Shown one piece after another: positions 1-13,139 of a stretch of DNA of 64,000 nt (positions within the stretch are counted from its first letter, which is position 1; every line of letters starts with the position of its first letter). The position numbers and the translations under genes were made by a program. Under the pieces are notes generated by a model. It saw only the letters and a list, made by a program, of their open reading frames with translations, did no database searches and was not told the DNA's origin. Source of the stretch: Octopus vulgaris (taxonomy: Eukaryota); NCBI GenBank assembly GCA_951406725.2, contig OX597820.1, positions 102,796,001-102,860,000 on the forward strand, given 5' to 3'.

Positions 1-14
1 ATCTATCTATTGTA

Positions 15-17
<3 letters not shown>

Positions 18-101
<84 letters not shown>
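18..101. repeat. (TA)n microsatellite, one of dozens of TA/CA/TAGA tracts in the window
   Basis: Direct dinucleotide repeat. Confidence 0.95.
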
Positions 102-103
<2 letters not shown>

Positions 104-590
104 CATATAGATAGATATAAATATATATTATATTATATTATATTATAACATACCGTATTATAATATATTTAAATTTATTTATGTATATATATATATATAT
201 ATTATTTATGAATAGGAATATACAGGTATATATACATATATATGTAAGTGCATAGATGTATAAATATAAATATGTATGAAAAGAAATATTTAAATAGATA
301 CACACATATGTGTGTGGGGTGTCTGTGTGGTGGGATGGATGGCTGGAATGCATCGCCTACGCGATTTTGCGTGGCAGCCTGTGGCTGTGAACTTTATATA
401 TGTGTTTCCGTGTGCTTGTGTGTGTGTGTATGTGTGTATGTGTGTGTGTGTGTATGTGTGTGTGTGTGTCTGTGTGTGTGTGTGTGTATGCGTATATGTA
501 AATGCGTACGCTAGTGTGTTTCATGTGCCAGGATGCTTATCAACCTGGCTGCGAAATATAAATGTATGCATGTGTACGTATGTAAATATA

Positions 591-642
<52 letters not shown>

Positions 643-811
643 GTTCAAACATACACCTACACATACATAAATATATATAAATTCATATATAGAAATATAT
701 GTACATTAAATCATGTTCTTTTAAAATTGTTGGAAATATAATTTACCGTTACTACATATTCTTAAATGTGGGCATAGTAAAGGCTTACCTTATATATGTA
801 TAGATATATAT

Positions 812-960
812 AGGGGAAGAATGCAGAAAGAAAAAACCAAGGTCGAAGACAGGTGGTGTAGACAACAAACAAATGTATTAGTATAACGCTCGGGAAGTGA
901 AAAATTCTTTAACATTTCGAGCCTAAGCTCTTCCACAGAAAGTAACACAGAAACAAGGAG
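812..960 (-). mobile_element. Short PLE-derived element between TA tracts with a hammerhead-like motif (905-942)
   Basis: Minus strand reads cttt-CTGTGGAA-gagc ttag gctc-GAAA-tg-TT-aaag; flanked by TA-rich repeats. Confidence 0.5.
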
Positions 961-972
961 GTATACTTATAT

Positions 973-1045
<73 letters not shown>

Positions 1046-1074
1046 TATATACACATATTTATATGTACATACAT

Positions 1075-1127
<53 letters not shown>

Positions 1128-1782
1128 TACGTACTTATTAATATAGATATGTACAAAATATAGATATATTATGCACACAATAATTATCTTTCTGTATCTG
1201 TATTTATATGCATTTATTGATAGCAATGAGTATGATAGAATGCATATTCATTTTTGAACAGGTTCTAGATGAAGGTTGTGATTATGGTTATATATATATA
1301 CAGAAACTAGTGAAAAATATAATATAAACATGTATATATAAAACTGAGCAAAGACCATATGCCATATCTGTATATATGACGTTTTTAATTTAGGTTTGTT
1401 GTTCAAATATTGTAATAGCAGTTGTAGCAACGGTTGAAGATTTGAAGTCGCTGAAAGCGATGGTGATTATGGCATTGAATTTGCATAAGCTGATGATTGC
1501 CACCCCAGTATCTAGTGATTGTAATCGTAAAGATGCTGTGAAAGATGATAGATATGGTGCGTAGGGTGATTGATGAGTGTGATGACGATGTATTTAATAG
1601 CACGAAGATGGATGAACTTGGTGTCAATATGCTAGTAGCAGCGGAAATATTTTCCCACCTCCTCCAACACCACCTCCGTTCCCTTCATCATCACATCACC
1701 ATCACCATCTTCACCACATCCCATTTTAAAACATTCTTTGTTGCCCATCTGCTTTATCCCCATCACCTCTATCATTCCCACT

Positions 1783-1817
<35 letters not shown>

Positions 1818-1883
1818 CCTTCTCATCATCATCATCACCATCATCACTATTATCATCATCATCGTCATCATCATCATCATCAT
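1783..1883. repeat. (CAT)n trinucleotide microsatellite
   Basis: Direct repeat; source of the poly-His, poly-Ile and poly-Met ORFs. Confidence 0.95.
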
Positions 1884-2014
1884 CCTTCCATCTTATCACG
1901 GAGCGCCCACGCGGATAAACGTGATCAAATTTGGCGTTTTACCATTATTTACTGGCTTTCACTAGAGGAAATAGTTTTGCCCATACTTATCTCCAGGCCT
2001 TCAGTGGCTTGCGA

Positions 2015-2450
2015 GATCGATGCATTTGATGTTTTGCCTTATTAATTACAAGACAAACAGCAACAGAGCAAGCATTCCTGAGGGCCAATGTTTGAAAAGA
2101 AAGTAGTGGGCGGAGAGGTCAGTACGTGTAATGAACAGTTTAAGTGACGAGAAGAGGGTGAGAGGGACGTATTGAAGGTGTTATGTAGAAGAGGGACGAC
2201 ACTACCGGCCACCGAGAATCAGAGACCATCGAATGGTTGCGGCGGCCCACAAATGACCACCTCCGTCGGTTGCTGCATGCGTGCAAAATGCCAGCAAAAC
2301 GAATACAACATACGAGTATGTCCCACTGCAATCTAAAACGTTTATGTTCACTGTTTGTAGGTGAACAATTCAGCGCTTGCACTTGGTTATGATACGAAGA
2401 CACGATATAAGAACCAAGTGACGGCTTGCCAGCACCTGTCACAAGTTAGT
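2015..2450 (-). mobile_element. Degraded 3' end of a CR1/Crack-like LINE ORF2
   Basis: Minus-strand frameshifted peptides VVSSLFY, RPSHPLLV and RTDLSAHYF resemble the C-terminal SSLCLFYRY...SHP...RT...SFF region of such LINEs. Confidence 0.45.
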
Positions 2451-2887
2451 TATCCCAGTGACAACATTCTACACACTGGGAGTGCATAGCTCACTTTTAT
2501 GCTGGAATATTCGATAGACCATACTTCGTAATCCATAGTCCTATAAAAACCCATACCAATAGCACTTTTCCTTTTTCCTCAACGGATGATTTTCGCCAAG
2601 TTGAGTTGTGTTAGGACACCAGTGTGACTATTTGACATATGTACTGACCCAGTAAACTCTACGATCAAAACTTTTCTTAAATAAAGTGTCGCGCCTCTGC
2701 TGCGCTAGCTGTCGGAAGGCCGGTGACTTACGTTGAACATTTCACACAGGGATAATGAGAGGAAAGCTTTTGATCTGATCCCTTCCTGGATGAATGAGCA
2801 AAGAAACTCAAAGCGGTGGCTTTCACAAGGAGAGCAACATACATTGTGTTCACTGTTCTACTGATTCTAACAATTTACAGAAGTGTC

Positions 2888-3100
2888 TTATTTTTTCTTG
2901 CTTCAATCACTGGACGGTGGCCATACTGGCGGCCAAACCTGGAAAGGTTTTAGTCGAACAAACTTTAAGGTCTGGTACTCATTCTATTGGACTGTTATTA
3001 CCGAACCACCAAGATACGTTGGCATAAACAAACCTACACCGGTTGCCAAGAGGTGGGCGAGGCAAACAGAAACGCAGGCACATACACACACACACACACA
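2888..3100 (-). mobile_element. Octopus-type SINE, 3' part
   Basis: Diverged match to the SINE copies at 45132-45521 and 47875-48277 (ggccatactgg...ttttagtcgaacaa...ctggtactcattctat...ccgaacc). Confidence 0.75.
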
Positions 3101-3601
3101 CATACATACATGCATAAATACATACATACATACATAAATATATACATGCATGCATATATGCTTACATATAGAGCATGCCTGCGCCTACATATGGCTTAAA
3201 TATCATCATAGAATTATTTTTCTCACCCACCTTTCTAGGTGTTTCCTTATCGTTCATCAGAGTTGAAGCTCGTTATGTAGCGCATAATATTTACAGAGGA
3301 AATATGCATTTAGGTTAAAGTACGAATATTCACCCAGATGTCCTATAATTATGAGCGTGAATATTTACAATTTTATGTTATTTAGATTATTTATTCGATA
3401 GAAGTTTTATCTAGAAATGTGAGTAAATGAGAAAGGAGCAAGCAGAAATTGCAAATGTGATTGGAGATACTTTGATATGCATGGTAGGAAGTTGCTTTAA
3501 GCATCAGATAGAAAATTATATGTTTACTCTTCAATCTCAATTTAAGCAAATCCCATGTGCTTAGAAAACATCCAAGAAAGAGCTGTGATAAATATAACAC
3601 A

Positions 3602-3706
<105 letters not shown>

Positions 3707-3755
3707 TTGTATAAATGTATGTGTGTATATATATATATGATGTGTATATAATATG

Positions 3756-3826
<71 letters not shown>

Positions 3827-4307
3827 GACGCACTTTACCTGCATATATTATGAGAGATAGTAATTTTCCACTTGAGTAAATGTATGATACCACTTTTAGA
3901 TATATAGAGATAAAAATAGATTGAAGAGAGATTTAGTCACCGTCTTTAGAGGAATCGAAGAATAACTTATTCCTCGATTCCAAAGCATTCTTCAGGTATA
4001 TCTGATAATTTGAAATGTTGAACTTTTCTGTTTCAATATACCATGCGTACCAATATTTCTATGTTTGAGAAACCGCTGTGCCTTCAGTGAAACACTTTAC
4101 TGACACACATTCTATCCACTCATCTATATGTTTATCAAAATGTGTTTGGACTATAGAATATCAGTAACGTCGGTTCATTTAAATATTAGGAAGAAGAACA
4201 TGTATGTTGTTATTCAGAAATAAAATAATATATTTTCACAGAATATTCGCACAAACCTCGGCAGAAAAATACAGTTCCGTAGGATTTAGCAAAGACTGTT
4301 CTCACAA

Positions 4308-4491
<184 letters not shown>

Positions 4492-4871
4492 GTGGGCGTG
4501 TGTGTGTGTGTGTTATAATAAAGGAAAACTATATGGAAGTGCCACATGCTAGAAGAAGATCTCAAATGATACTCTAAACTAACTCATTTACCACATAGAC
4601 ACGGACTGAAAGCGAGGGAAATGAAAAAAAAAAGATGTTTTAGCCATAGATCAATTGATTTCTAGTCCAGGGATATAATGTCCTTTACCGTCATTAGTAT
4701 GCCATAACTCAACGTAGATAGTAATAAATATTCATACATACCATACGAACTAAAACGTATCCCCAATGCATCTATAAATGTTCGTATTTTTATACACTGT
4801 CTAAATCCAGAACCTTCATCTCAGCCACATGTGAATAACCAAAATAATGCAGCAGCAAAAGAAATGAATGA

Positions 4872-4926
<55 letters not shown>

Positions 4927-5529
4927 CATACATACATACATACATACATACATACATACATACATACATACATACATACATACACGTAAATATCGAACAG
5001 TAAGTATGAGTGTTTAACGCTGCATTGGTAGATAAGGAATCTTTATTTCTGGATTAAGGCTACCATTGCTTTCATATTAAGGATCTCCTTAGTAATTATC
5101 AAACATATCACATATGACATCGCTGTTCGCCTCCATTTTGGATTAAAACAGCTTAATGGAGACGAAACACTAATGTTCCCATGTGATAGGCTTGATAATA
5201 GTTAAGGATTATGTTTACTTCAATTAGCTTTCATTAAAGTTATTTCACAGGCTACAAAACCAATTCATAATGGAAATATAACTTTATAAGGCGTTTATCT
5301 AATGTACGTTCACCACTTTTCTGTAATAAAATTGGAATAGTTCCGCCGAACATGCATACATTCACTTTGTTATGATTTACTTATTATTATTATCACCTAT
5401 GCCAGACCAGAAAATTTGAATTTTGTTATTCGGAAAATGTCACTAGTGTACACCGCGGTAACACAACAGAGCATCTGAATATAGATAAGTTATTCTTATA
5501 CCATCGAGTTCCAAATATTTTTCTGTTTA

Positions 5530-5755
5530 CTTTTGGCACAAGAGCGAGAATTTTAATAAGAATAGGAAGTCAATTGCATCGACCCCATTACGTAACGCGT
5601 AGTTTATTTTATTTAGAGGGCATAAGTCGATTTCTTCGACCCCACTACTCAACTGGTACTTATTTTATCCGAAAGGATGAAAGGTAAAGTCGACCTCGAG
5701 GGATGAAAGGCGGCTAATCATTTTACCCGGCGTACTATTCTGACAGCGACACTCA
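5530..5755 (-). mobile_element. tRNA-derived SINE fragments
   Basis: tcgacccc...caactggtacttatttt...gaaaggatgaaaggtaaagtcgacctc is the reverse complement of the SINE body at 36557-36770. Confidence 0.7.
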
Positions 5756-5970
5756 CCACTTTCAACTCAGCGAAATATTTATTGTCCCTAGAAATATTTA
5801 TGCTCCATATCTGAACCGTGATCATCGTGTGTCCTAACTGACGTTGCTCTCGTTTCTTTATTGTATTATTTATTCAGCATAATTTTCTACGCAAGCGAAT
5901 AAGAACTAAAGTGACAATTAACAATAAAATGCTGACTCAGTAATTGTGTGGCTAATATGCAATAAAATGA

Positions 5971-6076
5971 CGAATTGGCTATTAAGTGGTCCATTGGCAA
6001 TTAGGTAGCGAGTTGGCAATTTGTTAGCGAATTTGCAATTACGTGGTGAATTGGCTATAGGACTACACATTGGCGG
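5971..6076. repeat. 19-bp degenerate minisatellite, about 5.5 units, several containing ATTGG
   Basis: Units start at 5971, 5990, 6009, 6028, 6047 and 6066 with consensus near cgaattggcaatta.gt.g. Confidence 0.75.
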
Positions 6077-6764
6077 TTCCCCGGTATTTAAGTGATGATG
6101 ATATCTAGTTAACTTTTTATTTTTACAGATTCAATAGAAAATCAGTCTAGTGCTGTGGATTAGTTAAGGTTTTAGAGCATCTGATTGGAAAACTTCCGAT
6201 ATCTGTACTGGGTTTGTCTGTACATTCTGAATTGAAATTCCATTTCTTGTCGCCGGAAGTAAAACAGAACCGATATGCTTATATAAGAAGTTATTACGAA
6301 CAGATTATATTAGTAAGAGAAAATCAAATGGAAAGAATTTCTTTATTTCGACTATGTTATTGGCTATTACTCTAATAAACATAGTTGTTTCGGGCCTTTT
6401 TCTCTACATAATCACAGTTTCGGGCCTTTTTCCTCTAAATAATCACTTATTCGCGGAAACTAGTAATATAGAAAAGATGAGCATACAGTTGACAAATTTG
6501 CCATGAATGCTTATTTTACCAAGAAAGAATATATTATTTGAAGTCTCTTTTTACTTGACCCTGACTTAGTTAAAATAATTTGTTATCCATTAGCAATGAA
6601 GTGTTGTAAATATGCCAACTAAAATAAGGTAGTGATTCTATGAGTCAGTTCTATCATTTTTATGGTAACTACAGATCTACTGATATAAGGATAAACTTCT
6701 GCAACGCCTTTTAAAGCCAAATGTTTATCTCGTTGAAATGCATCTATATGTTTGTCTATATTTA

Positions 6765-8039
6765 TTGGGTCATAGATAAGGCGGTTTTCTCAATTGTATG
6801 AACTAAAAGTCAGAAGGGAACGGGATAAACTACCTACATCAAATTGCTTTAAAAGCAGGTAGTAATTTTACTTTGGATTTGTTCTTAGGGCAAGGTTTGA
6901 AAAGTGCAATTCGATTTTAGCATTTTTTTTTCAAAGCTATAATGGAAGTGACAAAGGAGCATATTCGGCATATTTTGCTTTGTGAGTTCAATAAAGGCAA
7001 CACCGCAACGGAAAGTGCAAGGAATATTAATGCAGTATATGGGGATCGGGCAATAAGTATATGCTAGTGTCAACGATGGTTCCAGAAATTTTGAGCCGGC
7101 AACTACAGCCTAGAAGACGAGCCTTGTCCTGTAAGATCTGCAGAGCTCGATGAGGACGTCCTGCAAAGCCTAGAAGAATAAAATCCTATCGTAACTGTTG
7201 AGGAATTATCAGAGAAGCTTGAATTTGGTCATTCTACCATTCATCGATACCTGCATGCCATCGGGAGAGTCAGTAAATTGGGTCAATGAGTTCCTCATAA
7301 ACTTAGTGAGTTTAATCGTGTGCAGATATTGAATGCGTGCTCTTCTTTACTGCCACGTATCACGAATGAGCCTTTCGTTTTGGACCCAATAGTGACTGAT
7401 GACGAGAAATGGGTTCTCTATAAGAATGCCAAGCGTCGAAGACAGGGAAAGGGGAAACACCGGCACCCCAGGCTAAATAAGGTCTCCACCCATGTAAGAC
7501 GTTATCTGTTTGGTGGGATATGAAAGGTTTAGTCCACTTTGAACTTTTAAACCCAACTCAAACGATAACAAAGGCGATCTATTGCAAGCAACTTGATCGA
7601 CTTAAGTCAGCATTAGAAGAAAAACGATCTTTCTCGGTTTTAAAACGAAAGGTGTTCTTTCATCAGTTTAATGCTCGGCTACATACAGTGAGGATGACAT
7701 TCCAAAGGCTGGAGCAGTTTGAATGAGAAACGATGCCCCACCCAACAGATTCGCCAGTCATTGCCCCTCCTAATTATCATTTATTCGGGCAGTCTTCAAA
7801 ATCATTCGGGCGGAAAAAATATGAATTCTGTAGAGAAGGTCGGAGCAGTACTGGGGGAGTATATTTCGTCACGGACAAGGGAACTTTAGAAAAGGGGCTT
7901 TGCAAGTCTGCCAGATAGATGGAAGAGCGTTGTAGAAAATTATGGAAAATATATTTTAGATTAAAAAAGAACTTTGCCTATCTTAATTTTGAAAAACAAA
8001 TGAAGTATAAAAAAAACCCATTATTTATAGATGACCCAA
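6765..8039 (+). mobile_element. Full-length defective mariner transposon
   Basis: TIR ends ttgggtcat... and ...atgacccaa, each flanked by TA; about 1.28 kb; internal transposase remnant. Confidence 0.93.
6942..7964 (+). pseudogene. Mariner (DD34D) transposase pseudogene
   Basis: MEVTKEHIRHILLCEFNKG start, *VPHKL (WVPHEL motif), IVTDDEKW, FHQFNARLH and HPTDSPVIAPPNYHLF (YSPDLAPSD motif); several stops and frameshifts; second and third catalytic Asp lost. Confidence 0.92.
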
Positions 8040-9922
8040 TATTTTGTCCTTCTTTAAAAACAGAAGTTTTGGTAATTTTGTAGATAAAAATGTATTTCTA
8101 TAGAATGATATTGCTCTTTTGCTCCTTTTTTAACTTTAAATCTACGAGGGTCGTACATTGTCGTACATCTTGCCCTAGCTTGTCAACATTAATGCATCTC
8201 AAAGTTACATTGGTGTAACTAATCAGTGAACAATTTGTAAATGCTTCCCTATTAGTAAATAAAACAGAATGAGATAATAATAGTCTTCAACTGGCAGTAA
8301 CCATGCCTCAGTTAACCTCCATTGGCTATGGAACCACCTCTGCACAAATTAAAGAACATATGCATCAGTGCATGTGTCTCAAACATTATCTAAATGCTGG
8401 GGTCAAAATATACTTAAAACCGTTTCAACAAACAAATGCAAAACAACTTATTTTCTTAATATATCTAGCGCACAACATTTTTCACGAGTTTTTAATTCTA
8501 CATTAAGTCTAAAAGCTAAAAAGAATCTATGCAGAAACTCATATATCAAAATTCTATAATGACTGAATTTCTGGCATTATATGGCCTCCTTTTCTATTTA
8601 GATTGCACTCTATTTATACAAATAAGCAATAATTTTAATGTAACATTAATTCATTTTGAAATATAAGTTATTTTGTGAAAGGTAATGGCATATTTATTTT
8701 GGGAAATACTATATTTGCGATTTATTTGTATACTAAGTTTGAAAATATTCATATGCGGCTATATTTACCATTGATGTATAATGAACTGGTTTAGCGTGTT
8801 AAAAATCTAACACTATTTCAAACGCACCAAAATGTATACAATAAAAAGCTATTAACTTAGATTCAATGGTTCACCTTTAGCTGTATAGGGGCTGTAAATT
8901 GCTGTAGAGCAGATGGTAAACTCTCTATAAACATATTTCTTGAGTCATATAAGATTCCTCTCGCATGTATTACCCTTACGCCATTAATAACACAGCATCT
9001 CACAACAACAATGGTGTTACAGGAACACTATGTCCATCTGGTAATGATTTGTTGTTTCTTGTAATTCTAGATTGATCTTTATCTGTACTTCTTCAATCTA
9101 TAAGCTAGATAGTTATTGTTCATGCCTCAGAAACTCACTTCACTTACGACGACCACCCAAATCTAATCTACGTCTAATTATGCATGATAATCTGTATGTT
9201 ACGCTACTACTATATTCACAACAGACTGGTAATTGCCTACTATCATGATCATGAGAATGAATATGACCTGCAAGGGAGAAATAACTGGTGTAGCACTTAA
9301 ATTGCCTTCGCAAAACAGAGTGGCTTCTTAATTCTTGCCAACAACCTGTCTAGAGATGGAATCTCAATACAACCAATGACCACAAACGAGATCAAATTTT
9401 ATTCAAGGGTCCTTTTAATCACGATTGGCAACCATCAAAGATATGGCGTATCGTAAAAACAATACTCATGTGCGCGCATTATATCAGATTTAAATCTAAA
9501 CAGAAAAGGTGTGAAGTAGACAGGAGCACACTGTGAACGTCTGTAGACTGGTAGGTTCTCAGCCGGTCAGCAACGTACTCTCAGTCGTCACTTGGTTAAA
9601 GTTGTACAAAAAGGTTGAGCGGGAAAAGGAAAATCAATAATTACGTGGCTGTAGAAGGCTAACTTTACCTAGAGAAAATAGATGGATTAAATTCCCAAAT
9701 ATGTGCTTCATGTGCGTCGAATATTACAAAACCTGCTTTCTAGCTTTATGTTTACAGAAGAAAGTCTTAAAATACATGTCAGTAAACCGGCTTGAGATTT
9801 ATCCCAAATTCACTCGTACAGATTTTTATAAATCTCATTCTAGCAGTTAATATTGTATTTATTCATATTAACTCATTCACGCCATAAAATCATTGTATTG
9901 TAGATGCGCTTTTGATGAATAC

Positions 9923-9974
<52 letters not shown>

Positions 9975-9977
<3 letters not shown>

Positions 9978-10285
9978 ATAAAACTTACTTGGAAAAGGAT
10001 GGGTGGTGTTCGTTCATATAGTAAAATGTATAATATATAAATATATGCATATATTCATACATATACGTACATACCTACATATATATGTATATATACATGC
10101 ATATATGGTACAGAACATAAAAAAAGCATTGAACACAATGAGAAACGAAAACATAAAAACAAAAACATAGAAACGAACATTTTGGCGGGACAACGAAGAA
10201 AAACAAACAGAGAAACGAGACATGCAACATAAAGAATATTCCCCTTCTTCAGTTGTCCCTGTTTCATCTACACCGCGATGTTTGT
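9975..10285. mobile_element. Short repeat element abutting a (TA)n tract, possibly PLE-derived (second copy 18291-18601)
   Basis: A-rich body next to (TA)n with CTGAAGA on the minus strand near 10245-10251; no complete ribozyme seen. Confidence 0.35.
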
Positions 10286-10564
10286 ATATATGTATGTATA
10301 TGAATGTAAATGTATGTAATTTAGATTCAGTTCAATTAGCCACTTAAATTGAGGCACTTGTTGAGACGAATTTATTTGCACACGCAAACAATATCAGGTG
10401 AATTTTTTTCCACCCGATATTCATGCAGTCCGTGCAGATGGCACGATCCACCTTAGTGAATAAATCCGCTTGTTTGCTCAGACTCGTACTTTGTACAAAG
10501 ATACTTTCCAAATACTTGCAAAGTGCAGATTCCAGAGTAGGTGAGTGAAAGATATATATATATT

Positions 10565-11250
10565 ACTAACAGAGATGTATAAGTGTCAATTCATTACGGC
10601 CGTTTCGAGTGACCTCTGTAATTGATAAATAAAAGTATTACATCATTACAAAGAGAATCGTTCTGACCAGATGACCACATAGACCTCAAGCATAAAGGCA
10701 AATTAGATATTTAGACATATTCATATCATCTATAGGGAGCATATGTTTACTATGATTCTGCAGCTAAACTTTTTGGCAGAATGAAAAGAGGACAGTACAG
10801 CGATGTACAAGCCAGAAATTAGCATAGGCTAGAGTGGCGGGGAGGGATGACTGGGAGTAGTGACCCCGTTATCTACATATCGAAGACAGTAAGGAGAATG
10901 TAGTTTTCAAAACATAGAAAATTAGATCTTTAGGGAGTTATAAATTAATTCGTGACGGACCGTTCAACTAACTGAGAAAATAGAACTTCACATCCGGCTG
11001 TATCAACACCAAAATGGTTTGGTCATGGGGTGGTAAACGAGAATGTCTGATGGAAGAGTGGTGATAATATAAAGAGAAGGGAGGATAGGGATGGCTAATA
11101 AAGCTAATTTTGATTGTCATCTTAAAGAGGATGCAAAAGTGAACTGTTGGAAGGAATACCGCTTAAAGAATTATGGGTGAGTATAAATTGAAGGAGTAAG
11201 TTTTTATCTTAGACTAAAAACTTACTCCTTCAATTTATATCCCACCCATA
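10565..11250 (-). mobile_element. PLE 3' fragment with a hammerhead-like motif (10591-10674) and a terminal hairpin (11172-11250); second copy 18881-19566
   Basis: Minus strand tcat-CTGGTCA-long stem-GAAA-cggccg-TA-atga; short TA runs on both sides. Confidence 0.65.
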
Positions 11251-11684
11251 TTATATATATATATTTCCATTGAATGTTTTCATCTATTATGTGACATTAC
11301 AGAATAAAAATCGTTTCCTTCCCTAATGTTATTGCTACATTCTATAATAATAATATTTACTGGTCTTTATAAAAGGTAAATAAGAAGACAAAGCAAGTTT
11401 TTCTTTTTCTTTCTGTATGAGAGTTGTTTATAATTAATGAGTATCTCTTATATGAGTAAATATTGCACTTTATAGGATATTGTATGAACTTTTATGACAA
11501 ACATAAAGTGTCTTTAATGGTATAGAAACAAAAGTCTGTCAGAAATATGATACGATCCAATGTTTATCATATGAAATATTGTATTGTTGTTCATTGTGTA
11601 AAGAATGATGGAAGCTAAAGAGGTTATGTGTGTGTGTTTGTGTGTATATACACATATATACATACATGTATACATATACACAAA

Positions 11685-11750
<66 letters not shown>

Positions 11751-12374
11751 ATCTATTTACTGTATACATAGTGATTAATAAAATAGATTACCTCTATTCC
11801 CACAAGACCACTAAGTAATATGTCCATGGTATGTTAGATTCTTCCAATATAAAACAATAGTTTTTATCGACCTTAACAAGATATCAAACTTAAGATGAAG
11901 AGATAAAACCAAATAGACTAAGGTATATTTAGTTCAGTGCGTTACTGCCTTTCTTATTGTCTCATAAAAGATTCTTATAATTATGAATGTATAGAATTAT
12001 TACTCAGACACAATCTCCAATGTATTTAGGAATGTCTAGTTAGACAGTGTCATCTCTTTCCTTCAAATTGGAAATGGCTACATCCAGCATTTATACATAC
12101 ATGATGTGCAAATCCAATAGTTATAGTTTTGCTTAACCTTCACTGCCGCGGTCTACTGTCTGCAATGAGTAAAACACTGGCAGAATAATATGAAGATAAG
12201 AGGGAAACATTTTAGTGCATGCTGTCATCGTTATCTCCATCAGATTTTAAATACTATCTGTAAGTTACGTAATCTTTTTTATCTATATTTCACTCTGGTA
12301 TACGCCATATACAAATGTAGACAACTTACTTTGAATGGCATGGAATCCACAGGACCATCTATTCCTTGTTAGTG

Positions 12375-12600
12375 AGTTTAAAATCTATTGGGGTCAACTT
12401 CACCTTTAAAATTAAGTATCAGTATTATGATGGAAGGAGGCGTGTTGGCAGAATCGTAAGCAAGCCGGTGGATTTTGCCTTTCATTCTTTCGGGCTCGTT
12501 AAAATAAGTATCATTTGAGCACCGGGGTCGATGTAACCGAGTTAGCTCGTTCCCCGAAACTGCTGACAATATGTCTAAATTTGAAATCATTATTATGATG
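12375..12600 (+). mobile_element. tRNA-derived SINE fragments (second copy 20691-20916)
   Basis: ggcgtgttggcagaatcgtaagca...ttttgcctttcattctttcggg...aaataagta...ggggtcgatgtaa matches the SINE at 36557. Confidence 0.75.
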
Positions 12601-13139
12601 GGAGTCAATTTATGATTTTGTACTAACATAAAAAAAGTGTTATTTAATTTCGTCTTTTTACATTAGATTTCAGATTCTTCTTGATCAACTTTAACTTATA
12701 CCCCTGAGGTTCATAAAATTCAAGAATATATTAAGGACAACTAACCACATATATCTATCAGATATTGAGTCTAAGAAAATTGCAGTGTTTCTTCTAACAT
12801 TTTTATTTCGACCAAAATTTTCAAAAATATGTTTAACCTATGTTTTTCAAAAAGACATTTATTTTTATTTAATTTAATTTCTAATTTTACAAACTGATGT
12901 GAATAATAAGGATAGTACCTTTGGACTTTTAGGGCAACCAAAGCTTATGAGATCGAGGTGGTTCATTGTTAGTTTTAGTTATTGTGGTGCAAATATGAAA
13001 GTACACTTCACAAAAGATCGATGTTTTATATTGGGACCGAATAAATTGACAAAGATGATGACAGAAATAAAAGAGAACACATTGTCAAAGAATAAAGGAC
13101 TGAAAGTGCGTCGTAAGATGACACATGAAATGGATATTG

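Noticed and set aside
1545-2045. 166-aa His-rich ORF
   Set aside because: Built from a (CAT)n tract and degenerate GAT/CAT repeats; no domain or splice support.
5971-6076. CRISPR-like array
   Set aside because: Units are contiguous and degenerate with no unique spacers, and the context is eukaryotic.
6385-6450. Direct repeat of about 31 bp (tttcgggccttttt...taatcac)
   Set aside because: Simple local tandem duplication with no further structure.
8270-12366. Possible minus-strand micro-exons (12330-12364 IDGPVDSMPFK with gtaagt donor; acceptor near 8338)
   Set aside because: Too short, one acceptor is weak and abuts a SINE, and no coherent protein results; chance splice-like sites are common in AT-rich DNA.
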